A stretch of DNA of 64,000 nt from Lingula anatina (Eukaryota > Animalia > Brachiopoda): the NCBI GenBank assembly GCA_051362555.1, contig CM120646.1, forward strand, positions 7,192,001 through 7,256,000. Direction: 5' to 3'. A model generated the notes under the pieces. The model searched no databases. It saw only the letters and a list, made by a program, of their open reading frames with translations, and had not been told where the DNA came from. A program made the position numbers and the translations under genes. Positions 25,471-39,800 of this stretch are shown in pieces. Every line of letters begins with the position of its first letter. Position 1 is the stretch's first letter.

Positions 25471-26812
25471 CTTATTTGACTGATTGTTATTTTTACATTG
25501 TATTATCTATTTTAATATCTATGATCATAACTGTTATTTTAGATTATGGATAAAAGACAGTATTATAAATATGATCTTCACAACAGTAATACATCAAGGT
25601 AGTTAGAAAAGAAAATCTATCTTTCTCTAACCACATTTAATTGACATTATTTATTCATATCATCGGAGACAGCGAAATGCATCCGTAGCCACAAACCGAG
25701 CAATTAATTGAAATGCGTAGTATTCTTTCTAGTCTGTCAAGAAAGATTTTGCTGGTACAGGTGATTTTCTTAATTTTGCTGGTACAGGTGATTTTATAAA
25801 TTAAACGTCTTAATTTTTAATCTTAATTTTTATGTACCTTCGATGGCAGTCTTCGTATTCATTAAGAAAAATGAAGTGTAGGCCACAAAACTGACAAAAT
25901 GAGGCATTGCAGTCATGAAGCATGGCCGCTTTGATTTTCCATACATTTCCAACACGCTTCTTAACTTTTGCCAAGCTGTATGAATATACTGAACACTGCA
26001 CTGGATAATGATTGAAATCATTTTAATGTCACACAAAGAGCTGAGTGTAAATGTGATGCGTTAAAACCATCACCTCAGTTAATTGGTATCATCAGCACAG
26101 AAGAATTTTAATCAAACATTTATTTGTATTTTGTGTCACACAGAAGGTCTCACGCTCCTTACTTCTGTCAGCTCTTTTAGTGTCCTTGTGAAACTTAGCA
26201 AGGCGCCTTTGGACACAGTTTTCATAGCGCTCTCCTTCATATGGAATTTTATCTTCATGAATAGACTTTTTTATTAAGCGTTTATCCTTCACGTCAAAAG
26301 ATATGAGGCCACACGAAAGGTATCTCGCCACTCACAAATACTAAATTATTTAAAACGAAGACGTTTGTTGGTTAGCAAGAAGATGCAGGTTCATTGCATA
26401 ATAAATCAAAAGGAAAGAAATTTGCCACAAACTTAACTATACATTGAGTTGATTTTTAACATTTTGTTATATTGAAAAATCGCCATATTTAAGAATTCTG
26501 ATTTAGAAGATCTTGCTATGTTGTTTAAAAACAACAGTTCCTAATTTGCTTGGTTCCTAAGTTGCTTTGGTTTGCAAACATTGATGCATCCCAAAACCGC
26601 GGATACATGTAAATTTAGCCCCCCCCCCTCCTCCACCTAACGATTCCCTGATTCCTTTTCAAAATACTTAGTTGTTTGTTCAGTCAGACCCCATATTTTG
26701 AAAATCAAACACTATAACCCTGATAGTTCTTCTGATTACCTGTAATTACATAGTTGATTGAGATTGTGACTCTCCAGTTTCTCATCAAGGAGGTTTTTCA
26801 GAATGCCTTTAT

Positions 26813-26980
26813 CAGGGGCGGATCCAGAGATATTTTCTGACAGTCTTCCAAATTATCTTTGTTGATCCAGCCTCCATTTTTGACCGTTTTCCGAGAGAAA
26901 AAATTCGATACCCATCAATGAAAACTTCAAAATCTGACCGTCTTCCGGAAGACCCAGAAGACGGCCTGAATCCGCCCCTG
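26813..26980. mobile_element. 168-bp MITE with 5-bp TSD
   Basis: CAGGGGCGGATCCAG...CTGAATCCGCCCCTG flanked by TTTAT on both sides. Related partial copies at ~1999-2125 and ~49437-50656. Confidence 0.8.
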
Positions 26981-29203
26981 TTTATAATAGTAATCCAGCA
27001 CAATTTGTGCTAGAGTGTTGAAATAGCTTAAGTTCAGACAAGAGTCTAGCCTACCTTTTTATATAGCAAGCAATTTTTTCCACAAAATGACTTGTCTGAG
27101 GTAGGGAATCAGCACGACAACATTTCTGTGACTCTGTCTTTCTATCTTACCGGTATTTTCTATACTTAACAGTTAACCCAGCCAAGTCGTGGGTTTTGCG
27201 AGGAGCCATGTCATTGGACGGATTTTTTTAGATTATCGTAATGCGACATATCAGACCAATGACTGCATACGTATAATCATATATATTTCCTTCTAAGAAC
27301 ATTTCAATTTCTAAGTTCTTTTATAAGCATAGAAATTATAAAACACATCGGACGTCCCTACACGCGAGCGGCAACAACACGAATTTTCCTTTGAATTTCA
27401 CTCGTATTTATCATTTAAGTTAGATACACCTCTCAACTCTACTAATGGTAATATAATAAAGACTATAGACTGTGCGGGGCTTTTTCCAAACACACAACGC
27501 AGCATTTGCTCACCTTCCAGATGGGGCAATCAAATAAAAAGTCGGGGTTAGCGTACTGAAAGTAAGTAAAACATTTACTGTGTTGCTAATGAACGCAAAC
27601 GGCAAACTGCTCCCTACAATCGTTAGAAGGGCCTTATAAAACTGGACAGTGCCCATGGTTATCGTCTGCTGTCACCAAGTTTCTGTTACCGACCAAACGA
27701 CCGCGGTGCACTCTTTTGTACAGCGAAGACTGGCCAACCAGTAACTAGTTAGTAAGTGGATAACTACAGCCATATCGTGTTTTTCTTTCTGTAGATACTA
27801 CCCTAAGGCTAATGGCCTTGGTCATGTCATCAATCGTCTGATAAACACTTGTAAAGGATTTTATGCCCACATGGGATTGATTTCGGACTCAATGGTCCTC
27901 CAAATAGATACATGCATGTTCCTCTCTCTGATGCTGATATGGGTCCTCTAAAAGGCGATCAATAAGGAATAATGAAGCAATAAGCCTGATTAGCGACACT
28001 AAATTAAAATAATATTAAAGTCGCCTACGCATTAATTGAGAACATTGAAAGTTTTTGAACAAAGTTTGGCATTATCTTCAAACTATGTTGAGGGACTTGT
28101 TTTGGTCACTTGAAAAAAGGAACGTTCAATTACATGTCTTTATACGTACATATACATCCGTATATGAAGCACATTTAATAGAAAAACTTTTTTCTCCGCT
28201 GAATTTAGCACTGTCTCCTGTTGCATTGGCAAAAGTTGCACTGTTGTAATGAGCGCACTCTGGTCATTTCTGGAGCCAACAGGACAAAACAAACCAACTT
28301 AAAGATTATCCTATTATCTCCGCAAGAATATTGACCCTTTCGTCGCTTTATTCAAACGTTTGTAAAACATGATTTCATTTTAAATATTTGTACGAGATCA
28401 GTGATTTCTAACTACGCAGCCGTGGTATACTGTTCTTGCATGTACACGTTATACTATAGTAGCATAAGCCCTGCAATTCACAACCAAATCGAAGTGAAGC
28501 AGTCGCACATTTGACTGAAGTATAGGTTATGCTAATGAAAAGGTCTCAATCTGTGCAACATACCATGAGTTTGCGTGACATCATTTTTTAAATTTATTTG
28601 CAGTATTATATATTCTCAATTACTTACAGTTTACAACAGGTCTTCAGTGAATCCTCCAAACCTTAAACAGTATCGTTATTAAATACGCTTCAAAAACTTA
28701 GATGCTGTCCGTGTTATAAGCATATGCAATGGCACATAGCCTATATCATCAATTGAAAACGAGATCTCTACTGAATTGAAAGACATAAGGGACCATTCGT
28801 TATGTATAAATCAGCTGGCACAATTGAGAAAAGCATTATGGTATAAGTTTAGCTGACCCAGCTTTTATTACACGAATCAGTAGTCATTCTACTCTTTTTA
28901 CGACACTTAGGCAAAGTGTGAAATTAGCCAAACTCTTCACAAGAAAATAATTACCCAGCATTCACTAGTATAGAATTAGTAATGAGCCCGTTGTGCATTT
29001 ATTGATACGCCAACGGAAAGGCAAACTGTTTCTTTAAAATCTAATTCATTACGACCTGTTCTTCCAGGATGCGGGTCGCCTAAGAAGTTGGTTATAAACC
29101 GCATCAGCTCAATAACAAGGAGAATGTTAAATAGGAATAATTATGTGTGTGTGTGTGTGTGTGTGAGTGAGTGAGTGTGTGTTTGTGAGCGCGCGTGCGC
29201 GGC

Positions 29204-30530
29204 ACAAGCAATCGAGCACCAAAGCAATCGACTGCAACCATATTGCTGGCCTATAAAGAAGAGAATCGTTCCATCTGAACGTTACTTTATCCAGTGCTTA
29301 CCGGTTACAATAAGCCTAACCATTTCATCATCTCATTTCATTTCATCAACCAAGTCATCTTCATACCGGTGTAACAGTAACGCTAGCCTAGGCACAGTTA
29401 ATCATCAGTATATGACTTCCTGTTCAAGTTCAATAGTAACAATGGGCGAATCTCTGCCAGTTTTGGAGATATAAGGGACGGAAACCTTGCAAAGTTCAGT
29501 TCATGGTGAAAAGTAGGTCAAATATCAATTTTACGGTCACAGATAGATTGCCAGTATTTATCTTACTATTCAAGTTCAATAATAACTATGGGCATATCTC
29601 TGTCCATTTTGGAGATATAAGAGTTAGAAAATTGCAATGTTTAGTTCAAAGGTAGGTGAAAGGTCAATCTCAACGTCACAAATTAACAGTATATGACTTC
29701 CTACTCAAGTTTAATTGTAAATCATAAAATCGAAAATCATAAAATGGGAGGTGTTGAATTTTCAAACGTTCAAATTTCATGTTATCTTTTCCTGGCGTTC
29801 GAAATTTATGGCATGTTACCGTATTTCACGTTATTTTCGCCAACAACCGTTGAAAAACAAAGAAAAAAACGGACACCATCTTCAGTGTTGCGCTTGACAA
29901 GCTCTACAAAATGCAAAAAAAAAAAAAAAAAAGAGGACTCTAGCATTTACGGTTCCTGAATTAGAGACTCTTCAGTTCGGCATCTTATGGCCGTTGTTCC
30001 CGTGAAAATGCACCGATTGACCCCAAACACACGAAGATGAAAGATGACCCTAAGGGTAACACCTGCCCATAGTATTATAGGTTAGGTCTGTGAAGTTTCT
30101 AAAAATCGGCAGAAATCGAAATGTTCTTGCAAAAAATTCCCATAATAAGAAAAGTTTGGCCCGTTTGACCTTGAAATAAAGGCGAAAGGTCAAATCCAAG
30201 GGCATATTTGAAATCTTCACATATGACTTTACATGTAGGTCCGCCGTCTGTAGAAATGTTTCCCTTAATTCCTTCAGTTTGGGAGATATTTAGCATTTAA
30301 TTTTGGACAAGGGTGCATTGCAATGAGCGCCACACCTAGACCCCAAAATTTACGTGGATAGAGTTGAGATTATGTGTGACCAAAATCCAAGAGATGGGTT
30401 CGCAGGCTCTTGTGGTCTAGGAGGAGAAGCGGTGACGGTGACTTGGCGGCGGAACCAACGGAGCCGGCGGACTGTGCGGGTCGGGACTAGACCATGTGTA
30501 CCGCCAGCGCCTACGCTGGTGGTACGATAA
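29204..30530 (+). mobile_element. Helentron-associated (HINE/pearl-like) non-autonomous element
   Basis: ~140-bp internal tandem units (29405, 29552, 29687) with AGGTCAA motifs, a GACGG-rich segment, and a 3' hairpin GTACCGCCAGCG-CCTA-CGCTGGTGGTAC (30498-30525). Left boundary uncertain. Confidence 0.55.
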
Positions 30531-30549
30531 CACACATGACTATATTTAT

Positions 30550-33200
30550 TAGTCCGGTTGCTTAGGGCAAAAAAATGGCCAAATCGTGACACAGCGGATA
30601 AAAGCACCAAATTTTGCATGTGGGTACCTTTTGACATACTAAATCAAATTAGAGCCGTAGCCCACGGAAAAAATTTACCGTTTGGCCAAAAAATCCAAAA
30701 TGGCCGCCAATTTGTGAAATTTTGTAGAAATATATACATATCTATGTTGATTTTTATCAAATTAAGTATTTTCTCAATGTTTTCCACATCCTTATTACCC
30801 ATATTATGCATATGTGTCAGATAACAAACTAGTGTCCTTGGACTTATTGAAAAATCCAAGATGGCCGCCGTATGGCATAGGAATACTAGAACATGTACAA
30901 GGGTTTTCAACTAACTAATGCCAACTAGGAAGATGCATTGCCCACTATCTAATTAATTTTGTTTCTTATTACACAAATAATATATTTGTGGGGAGTAACT
31001 AACCTTTATTCATAGGCAATTCGAGAAAAATCCAAGATGGCCCCCATATCAAAGGAATACTAGTATACACATAGGGCTTCTTCTGCCATGGAGATATAAT
31101 ATTAATTGTTAAATTAGGTTTGTTTCTGAGTATTTTCCACATATTTTTAATTAACATAATACATATGTGATGAGAATGTTATGTGTATCCTTTTTGAAAA
31201 CAAAACAAAACAAAATGGCTGCCATTAGCCGTAGAAGGTGGGGTTCAGTTAATACCTGCGAGAGATAGGCTTACAAATAAAATGAAGCTGAATTCAGTTG
31301 TTATTCTGTTTTTTTTTAGTATTATTATCCCATGACACATATCTGTTAGGTAATTAATGTCCATATTTTATCATTTTGGGGAAATCCAAGATGGCCTTCT
31401 TTTCCTCATAGGAAAACTGGTGCATTAGATTTTATAGGCACTTCTAAGGCAAATGAGGGTAATCATGATATTTTTTCAAAATACTTAAGGGTATACACTT
31501 GTTACCCACCAGATAGATATCTAAAAGTCCAAAAAGAATGTGGGAAATACCGAGAAACAAAATTCATTTTATATTGAACCCAATGTTTCTCTGGCAGTAG
31601 TTGACTGTACTATTCCTATTGTGAATTGCAGCAATCTTGAATTTTCTCAAATACGCAAGATGCACACTTGCTACACACCAGATTTATAAAGAGTAAGGTT
31701 AATAAGGATGTCAACATGTTTAAACATCAAACGGCTTTATTTGAACTGTTCTATTAATTGACACCTATGTGCATTTGAATGATATATTCCTATGACAACT
31801 GGCAGCTATCTTGGGTTTTCTCCGAATAATACTCAAGGATACATACACTTTCAAAACACACAGAGTCTTTCATAAGGATAAATAGGATATGAAAAACATT
31901 TAAAAACGACCCAAAGTTAACTACATTTAAATCGTACTCAGTGTATCTCTAGCATTATTTGATTATGTGTTCGAATATTCTAATGACAAAAGGCAGACAT
32001 CTTGAATATTTTCAGAATACCCAAAGATACACACATGCTACAGACCAGGTATACATCATAGGGGTAATAATAAATGGAATGAAAAACATAAATTATTTTT
32101 AAAACAAACCCATGGAAATGTAATTGTATAATGAACCATATGCCTCTCTAGCAGCAATTGAAACCCACCCATTAGTATTCCTATGTTAAATTGTAGGTAT
32201 CTTTTTCTCAGATCCAAGGATGCACACTATTTACCCACCAGATATATATCATAGGACTAATAAGGATGGGCAAAACTTGATAAGCAAACACAAATTCACC
32301 CTGGTAGTAGATGAAAAGCCATGGATGTGCAGTTGTAATTCCTATGGCCAGTGACGGCCATCTTGAGTTTTCTCAAAATGATCAAATGTGCACATTTATT
32401 ACCTGCTAGATATGTATCACAGTGTAATAATAATGTGTAAAACACTAAAAAAAATAAACTGAATTTGATAGTGAATTAGCTGGCATTAGTTCCAACCCTT
32501 TGTAATACTAGAAGTATTCCTATTACATATGACGGCCATCTTGGATTTTCTCAAAATGCCCAAGAATACTGTTAGTTACTAACCACATACATATTGTGTG
32601 GGTAGAAAGGATGTAGAAAACACTCAGAAACCAGCTTAATTTGATAGTGAAAAACTAATCTTTCCAGTTGCCATTAGTTGAATCCCCCGTATACTAGAAT
32701 TCCTGTGGCACATGGCAGCCATCTTGGATTTTCCAAAATGCCCAAGAACACTTCGTAGTTACTAACCACAAACATATTATGTGGGTAACAAAGATCTGAG
32801 AAACAGACTTAATTTGATAGCGGACAACGTATCGTTCTAGCTGGTAATAGTTGTGCACTAGTATTCCTATGGCTGTTTCTATGGCAAATGACAGCCATCT
32901 TGGATTTTTTCAAAAAGTCCAAGGGAACTTGTTTGATATCTGACATATATGAATAAAATGGGTAATAAGGGTGTGGAAAACTCTGAGAAAATAATTTATT
33001 TGATAAAAATCAACATAGGTATGTACATATTTCTAAAGAATTCAATAAATTGGCGGCCATTTTGGATTTTTTGGCCAAACGGTAAATTTTTTCCGTGGGC
33101 TACGGCTCTAATTTGATTTAGAATGTCAAAAGGTACCCACATGCAAAATTTGGTGCTTTTATCCGCCGTGTCACGATTTTTTCCTTAAGCCACCGGACTA
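30550..33200. mobile_element. 2.65-kb non-autonomous foldback element, Academ-like
   Basis: Termini TAGTCCGG...CCGGACTA, >300-bp TIRs, 3-bp TSD TAT (30547-30549, 33201-33203). Interior is ~170-bp units with core AATCCAAGATGGC, inverted between the two halves. Confidence 0.9.
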
Positions 33201-36200
33201 TATACAGTAATAGCATTTGACAAAGTAATGAGTATGTTGGAGAAGAGATGCGTCGTTAGAGGAACTTGTGCACTGGCTTTCAGTACAAAGTCGACTATGT
33301 TGCGTTTCACAAAGAATTCTGAAAGCCTAGTTACCCCGTTTATTTTTCGACATTTTAACCATGCCGGTGAAGAATAGTGTTTGACCTAACGATGTTTTTA
33401 CCGTAACAGTACGCAAATCCCATCCAGAGATGTATGAAACATTTTTGTGGGCCAAACCCTCGTAAAAACGTAGAAAGTGCAACATGGTATTTAGTCGATT
33501 TCCCGTACGTATAACCGGCTATCCGTTTTTAGCAAACTATACAGCAAAGGTGACAAATATAGGCATCAAACAGCAAAACACATCGCAACAATATTTAGAA
33601 TTAAAAAATATGAAAATTATCCGATTATGTTGACGTTTGAAAGGAACCCGTTCTTTCCTAAACCAAGTCTGAACAAATTTGAAGCAAACCAAAACTGTGG
33701 TTTAACAAGGATAGGGCCCCGACGTTTCAGATGGCGACGGCGACAGAACACATACAGCGTTTTTTTTTTTTTTTTGTTTGTTTTTTTTATGAAACTGGAG
33801 CCTGTGAAACAGCGGTATACAAAGGGGAGAGCACAAGAAAAAGTATTCCGTAAACTCAAGATATGTTTCCATACGTTTTATATACCCAACATTGCAGAAT
33901 GTGTCAGTACAACTATTAACAGGTATCTCAGACACTAATATCACAGAAACATAAAGTATGAGATACAAATTATTCCTAAATATACACATATCAAAGTTTA
34001 TTATCAAATGACGTCATCTGGGTAACTACCGGTGCGGGTTAAAGCCAAGGTTGTATTGTTTTCTTCATTCCGTTGTGGGATATAAATACACGGCATAGCT
34101 TTCCAGAGCACTGGATCCAATCCTAATTCCTTATGACTATCATTATTTCCTTTAAATATATACATGTTATTGTCCCCACTCACAAATACCTGTTATGCTT
34201 TGTGACATATTATAACCAACAGTGACACTTCAAATTCATGGCAATGTATGACCTAATATACACTTCAATGTGTAAACAAGGCAACCTTGAGCTTGCTATA
34301 TTGAAAACATATCAAGTAAATAATATGTATTTAGCCAAGCACATTGCCCCCCAGGTGTTATGGGGCAGGGGGAGGGTAAAGGGCACGTTATGGTGGGAGG
34401 AAAGGGTTGGGTATGCCAGTGCGCTGAATACACCATAATCTGGATCGACCTAAATACAAGCCTTGAATGCTGCAGTGTGATTGTCAAAAGGAGATCAAAC
34501 CAACACCTTCACATGTTGTAGACAAGGAGTGTTCCCATAAACATTATCATGCTAGCTTGATTGATCTATCTCTGCAGGGATTCTGGCTAAATTGCATTCA
34601 GTTTAAGCGGCTTAAATGTCTGACAATCCTACTCAAGCTGCTCGGGGGTAATTAACAACAGTCAAGGGGGGTGTAAGACAATTCAGCTGATTACACTAAG
34701 ACCTAGTTTGATCCAGCTAGTATGATGGGTTTATGCGAATGCAGTCTTAGAGTGCACTCAGAACAGATAAACTGTTAACTAACTGATCAGCCGATTAAAT
34801 ATGGCTGGTCTCACAGGATACTGCTAATTCTCTGATGTTCTTCCTCATCCACATGCAACATGAAACGGGTTAAATCTTGGCTCTGAGGTTTAATTGCTAG
34901 GCCTCTGCAGCTACAGTGCATGTGGAGGTGGGATCATCTTTTCTGAATGCACTCTTAGTGGTTTTACAGCTGGCCTTTGACCATATGACTTATTTGTTAG
35001 TGTCAAGTCTAGATTGATTTTTAAATGTTTCTCCTTTTTTGGGGGGTGGGGGTGAGGTTTGTTGGTCTTTTCAGAAAAAAAAAAATTCCATCATTATACC
35101 ATGGCAAATGAAAAAAAAAAATCTACATCAGCGAAATGAGTCTTTCACATTATCATTTCTATCAATTTCTGTTAAGACTTATAACTCCAGCATTTCACAA
35201 CTGAAATAATTTTGTTAAGTCTTGATTCAAACTTCACTTCTTCTATTTCAGAACAATATGTTCAGTGTTCTAGAATAAACATCTCTTTTTGGTGCCAACA
35301 TACCTTTGTGACATCAAGTTTTTGTATTGCCTTAGAGAGCATTCAGAAAAGATGATTTGCAGACGAACTGATCTGCTGCATAACTATGGCCGTCTACACA
35401 TAAAAAGCAATGCTGATAATCCCAATTTGCCATTAAGCAGATTCAATCTCCACTCTGAATTTTTATTGCTAGGCCCCTGCAGCAATGGTGTGTGTGGAGG
35501 CAGGGAGACCATCAAAGAATTAGTGGCATCGCTTTTTAAGTGGGGTCGGCCAATTTTAGTTGACAGAACAGTAAGTACCTGGATCACCTGTTCTGAAGGT
35601 GCTCTTATTTCCACAACAGGACAAGGGGGGGTATCAGCATATGCATGAAAATAAATATTTTGAAAACATAAAAGAGAAACTTCTGCATTACAGTCTTAAA
35701 AAGTTAATGCACTAGTTAATAATTTAAAACGTTACACATATATTCACAATTTTAAAATAATAAAATGTCTGGTTTGTTCTATTTTTAAAATCTTCACAGT
35801 CACTAGTGTGAATATCCTACTCCTGTGATAAAATCTAGGTTGGCATCATTGACCAAGCTAAGGAACTCATCATTGACCAAGTATCTATTTGTAAGTTTAA
35901 CAACATGACTGATATATATTTCTTGACAGTTTGTGGATCAGTTTTAAGAACCCTCACAGTGCAATGTAACAAAGCTTCCATGAACTACTAGCAAATGCAA
36001 AAAAAGTCAAAATGAAAGTTGAATCATATTTCAAGTTTCTTCTTAATAGGTGTGTGAACAGTCTACTTTAAACATATCTTAAAAAACAGGAAATATTGAA
36101 ACACTGAAGTGAAAACCATTCAATAAGTCAACCATCACCAAGTTCAGTGCCTAACAAAAGGTTTTTTCCAACTATTTCACCAAATTTGTCTTATTATAAA

Positions 36201-36883
36201 CACTCATAAAATGAGTTTTCACTTAAAATTGTTCTTCTTACTGAAACAAGTAAAGCTGATCACATATATTCAGATCTAATAAACCTTTGGCAGAGTAAAA
36301 ACCTTGTTTTTTTAAGCATAAACTCCTATAACACAATAACAAGTGAAGAAGCACCGTTAGACAGCACATATTACACATTTCATTCTATACCAAACATTTT
36401 GGTAAGCTCTTTTTCAGATACAGTTGAAGAGTACTTAGTATCATTAACTTGTTTAATCTTTGTTTAATTTTTTTCTTTATCTCCCTTAATCCATTCTTAC
36501 AATTGGCTCTCTTTTATTACATTCATTCTTGGATATTAATAATGTGTCAGTTGTATGTGTGGAATCTTTGCAGGGTTGGCAATATAATTTTATATTTATA
36601 TATATTTGGTTGTCTCAACCCATGTATATTTCTGAAAAAATAATTATATATCTATATTCACTCCACTATGTTACCTGCTATTTTCCAGTAATCAACAGGG
36701 ATAAAGTTAAAAAAACTGTTTATCTAGATTACCTTATTTCTGATAAAATATAATTTGTTCTGGAACTTCAAAGAACAAACATGAAACTGTGTCACAGAAT
36801 AAGGTGTTGAAGTTACAGAATTTGGGTACCATTTTCCTAAATAAGTGCACAGTTATTGTTCACTTTTTGTCCAAATTCTGGTT

Positions 36884-39800
36884 TCATTTCTTCTCTGACT
36901 TTGGCTTCACTACACTGGTAATCACAGGGGAGATGTATGATTTTGAGATTGCCGGTGCAATACTGGATCTACTGGAGGATGCAGTTTGTGGTTGGGGGTT
37001 GCCCGCCTGACTAGCAGGGGTCATCTCTGTTTTCAGGACAGGGTTACCATCTAAAATTGACAGAAGAATATTTATTAAAGAAACAAGATGAATGTTCTTC
37101 AGCTTCTTTGCATTCAATGAACAATGTAACTGGGAATGAAGTTATTTACAACAAAACAAATATGTATCAATTCTTCAAAAATTACGTACTTAAAATTATG
37201 AAGTATTTGCGAGATATGCTTATAAAAATTGCCAACTTGTGTCTAATTCATCAGACAGATACCATGAAAGATATACCAAATATATACATATAAAACTTAT
37301 CAATGTGAGTCTAGTTTATACCATAAAAACTATGAAATATTCATCAGATATGCATATAAAACAAACCAACCTGATTCTAGTTCATAAGACAAAAACCACG
37401 AAACATTTGCCAGATATGGATATAAAACTTACCAACCTGAGTCTACTTTATACAACAAAAACCACAGAGCTTTTGCCACCTATGTATATAAAACTAACCC
37501 ACCACTTAACACGAAAAAAAAAAAAATTGCCAGTTATGCATACAGAACTAATCAATTAGCAACTACTTTGTTAGACACAGGGATGAGACCTGTCCTCACT
37601 GAAAAAAATAGGAAAATTGGCCGGGGTCCAAGGTACTCGATTCACACGAATGACCCAAATGACCCTGAAAAAGTTGGAATTCTGACAAAAATCGGAAAAG
37701 TCTCATCAATGTAGACAAAAACCACAGAACTGTGGCCAGATGTGCATGTAAAACTAACCCAACTGAGTCTACTTTATATACGATAAAAACCATGGAACTT
37801 TTGCCAGCTGTGTATATAAAACTAACCCACCTGAGTCTAGTTTATAGGACAGTCCCTGCTGTAGGGTGACAGGACAGTCTTTGTGTGCTAGTAAGAGAGA
37901 TTTCAGGTGGGCAACTTCACCCCGCAGCTGACTACACTCGGCCTGAAGTGATCAAAACTTTAATTTAGTTATCATTATTTATTCCATTTCAAGTACATTT
38001 TTATAATGACTAAGATGTGAAGAAGCATTTAATACATTTATTCTCTCACTCCCCGCCCACCCCTAAGAAAAGGGGGGGGGGGTGTTGGCAAGGTGATGAC
38101 ATTTGTGCACAGATAAATTCTATTTACTGATTATGGCACTGATTTGCAGTTGCACATAAGTGGGCACTGAGACTGCAAACATACTCGAGTAGATGGGTAT
38201 ATAGATAGAAAAGTGAAAGGGGCAGGGTATGTGGATAGGATATGTGAAAGGGGCAGGGTATGTGGATTGAGAGGTGTGAAAGGGGCAGGGTATGTGGATA
38301 GGATATGTGAAAGAGGCAGGGTATGTGGACTGGATGTGTGAAGGGGGCAGGGTATGCAGATAGGATGTGTAAAAGGGGCAGGGTATGTGGATAGGATATG
38401 TGAAAGGGGCAGGGTATGTGGATAGGATGTGTGAAAGGGGCAGGGTATGTGGATAGGATGTGTGAAAGGGGCAGGGTATGTGGATAGGATATGTGAAAGG
38501 GGCAGGGTATGTGGATAGGATGTGTGAAAGGGGCAGGGTATGTGGATAGGATGTGTGAAAGGGGCAGGGTATGTGGATAGGATAAGTGAAAGGGGCAGGG
38601 TATGTGGATAGGATGTGTGAAAGGGGCAGGGTACATGGATTGAGAGGTGTGAAAGGGGCAGGGTATGTGGATAGGATGTGTGAAAGGGGCAGGGTATGTG
38701 GATAGGATGTGTGAAAGGGGCAGGGTATGTGGATTGAGAGGTGTGAAAGGGGCAGGGTATGTGGATAGGACATGTGAAAGGGGCAGAGGATGTGAAATGA
38801 CAAGGGTGAAAGGAGCTGCATCTATACATTAAAATAATTTTAGGGGCAGGGTATGTACTGGTATGTGGATAAAGATGGGTGAAAGGGGCAGTGAGTGTGG
38901 ATAACCACGTTGAAAACTATAGGGCATGTGGATTGACATGGCGGAAAAGAGCAGCCTCATCTTATGCATATTTAAGGAATATGGACATAAAATCAAAAAA
39001 ATAATTGTGTGACATTTGGAAGGGAAAAAGGATGGGAAAAGGGCAGCATATGTTCCATCAACTACCTACCTGAAGTGTGACATTAGTAGACATTAAATCT
39101 TCTGCTTTCTTCTCCAGTTCCCCAATGTAAGTCTTCCTCTTATTCCTACACCTGGCCGCTGCAGCTCTGCAGAAAATCAGGGTTTCTATCATTTCACCTA
39201 CCCACACCCTCAGATATAATTATAATAATAATAATAAGCTAGGTTCAGCTGACACATAAACAGACAACCTTTATCAGTTTTAAAATGAAGACTCAAGAAA
39301 TAATGCAGCAACATACATATATTTTGAGCTTCTGACAATACAACTTCTACTGAAAACAAAGTTCCTACTTGTTGAAAAAATATAAGGAATAATCGGATCA
39401 TGCCCATTTTCGAACTTGACTAGCATTTTATGGCAGTGAGTAATCACCATGTGTAACAAGCAAAACAGACATATCTTCCCTACAACTGTGGTAACAAGAA
39501 ATGTGAGCAGCACAACTGCCTGTGCATAAAAAACAAGACCAAAGATATGTAGTTACTCAGTGCATATATCATTTTGCGTGTACTGTGTGTAAAAGGGACA
39601 AAATGACAAAATAATCGATATACTCAACTAACTTCTGTCTTGGAATTTCAGGGCCCTTGGATTATGCAAGTTGTTACCTACCTGTTCCTTTCCAAAAACT
39701 TCCGCCTTTTCTCATCAGGGGACTCGTCTGAGGATGCAGATCTTGAGCGTTTACTGAAGATTAGTAACAGTTATAATTAAAAACATATGTTCTATCACTA

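Noticed and set aside
25810-26331. Short minus-strand ORFs vaguely like a Crypton/tyrosine-recombinase fragment
   Set aside because: No catalytic motif recognisable and the frames are discontinuous.
34009-34016. Isolated CRE (also 51544-51551)
   Set aside because: An 8-mer is expected roughly once by chance in 64 kb, and there is no promoter context.
37215-38800. CRISPR-like regularly spaced repeats
   Set aside because: Eukaryotic intron, no unique spacers, no cas genes; these are ordinary tandem repeats.
38120-38829. Three long overlapping His/Pro-rich ORFs (170-233 aa)
   Set aside because: Translations of the stop-free 30-bp minisatellite inside an ATF2 intron.
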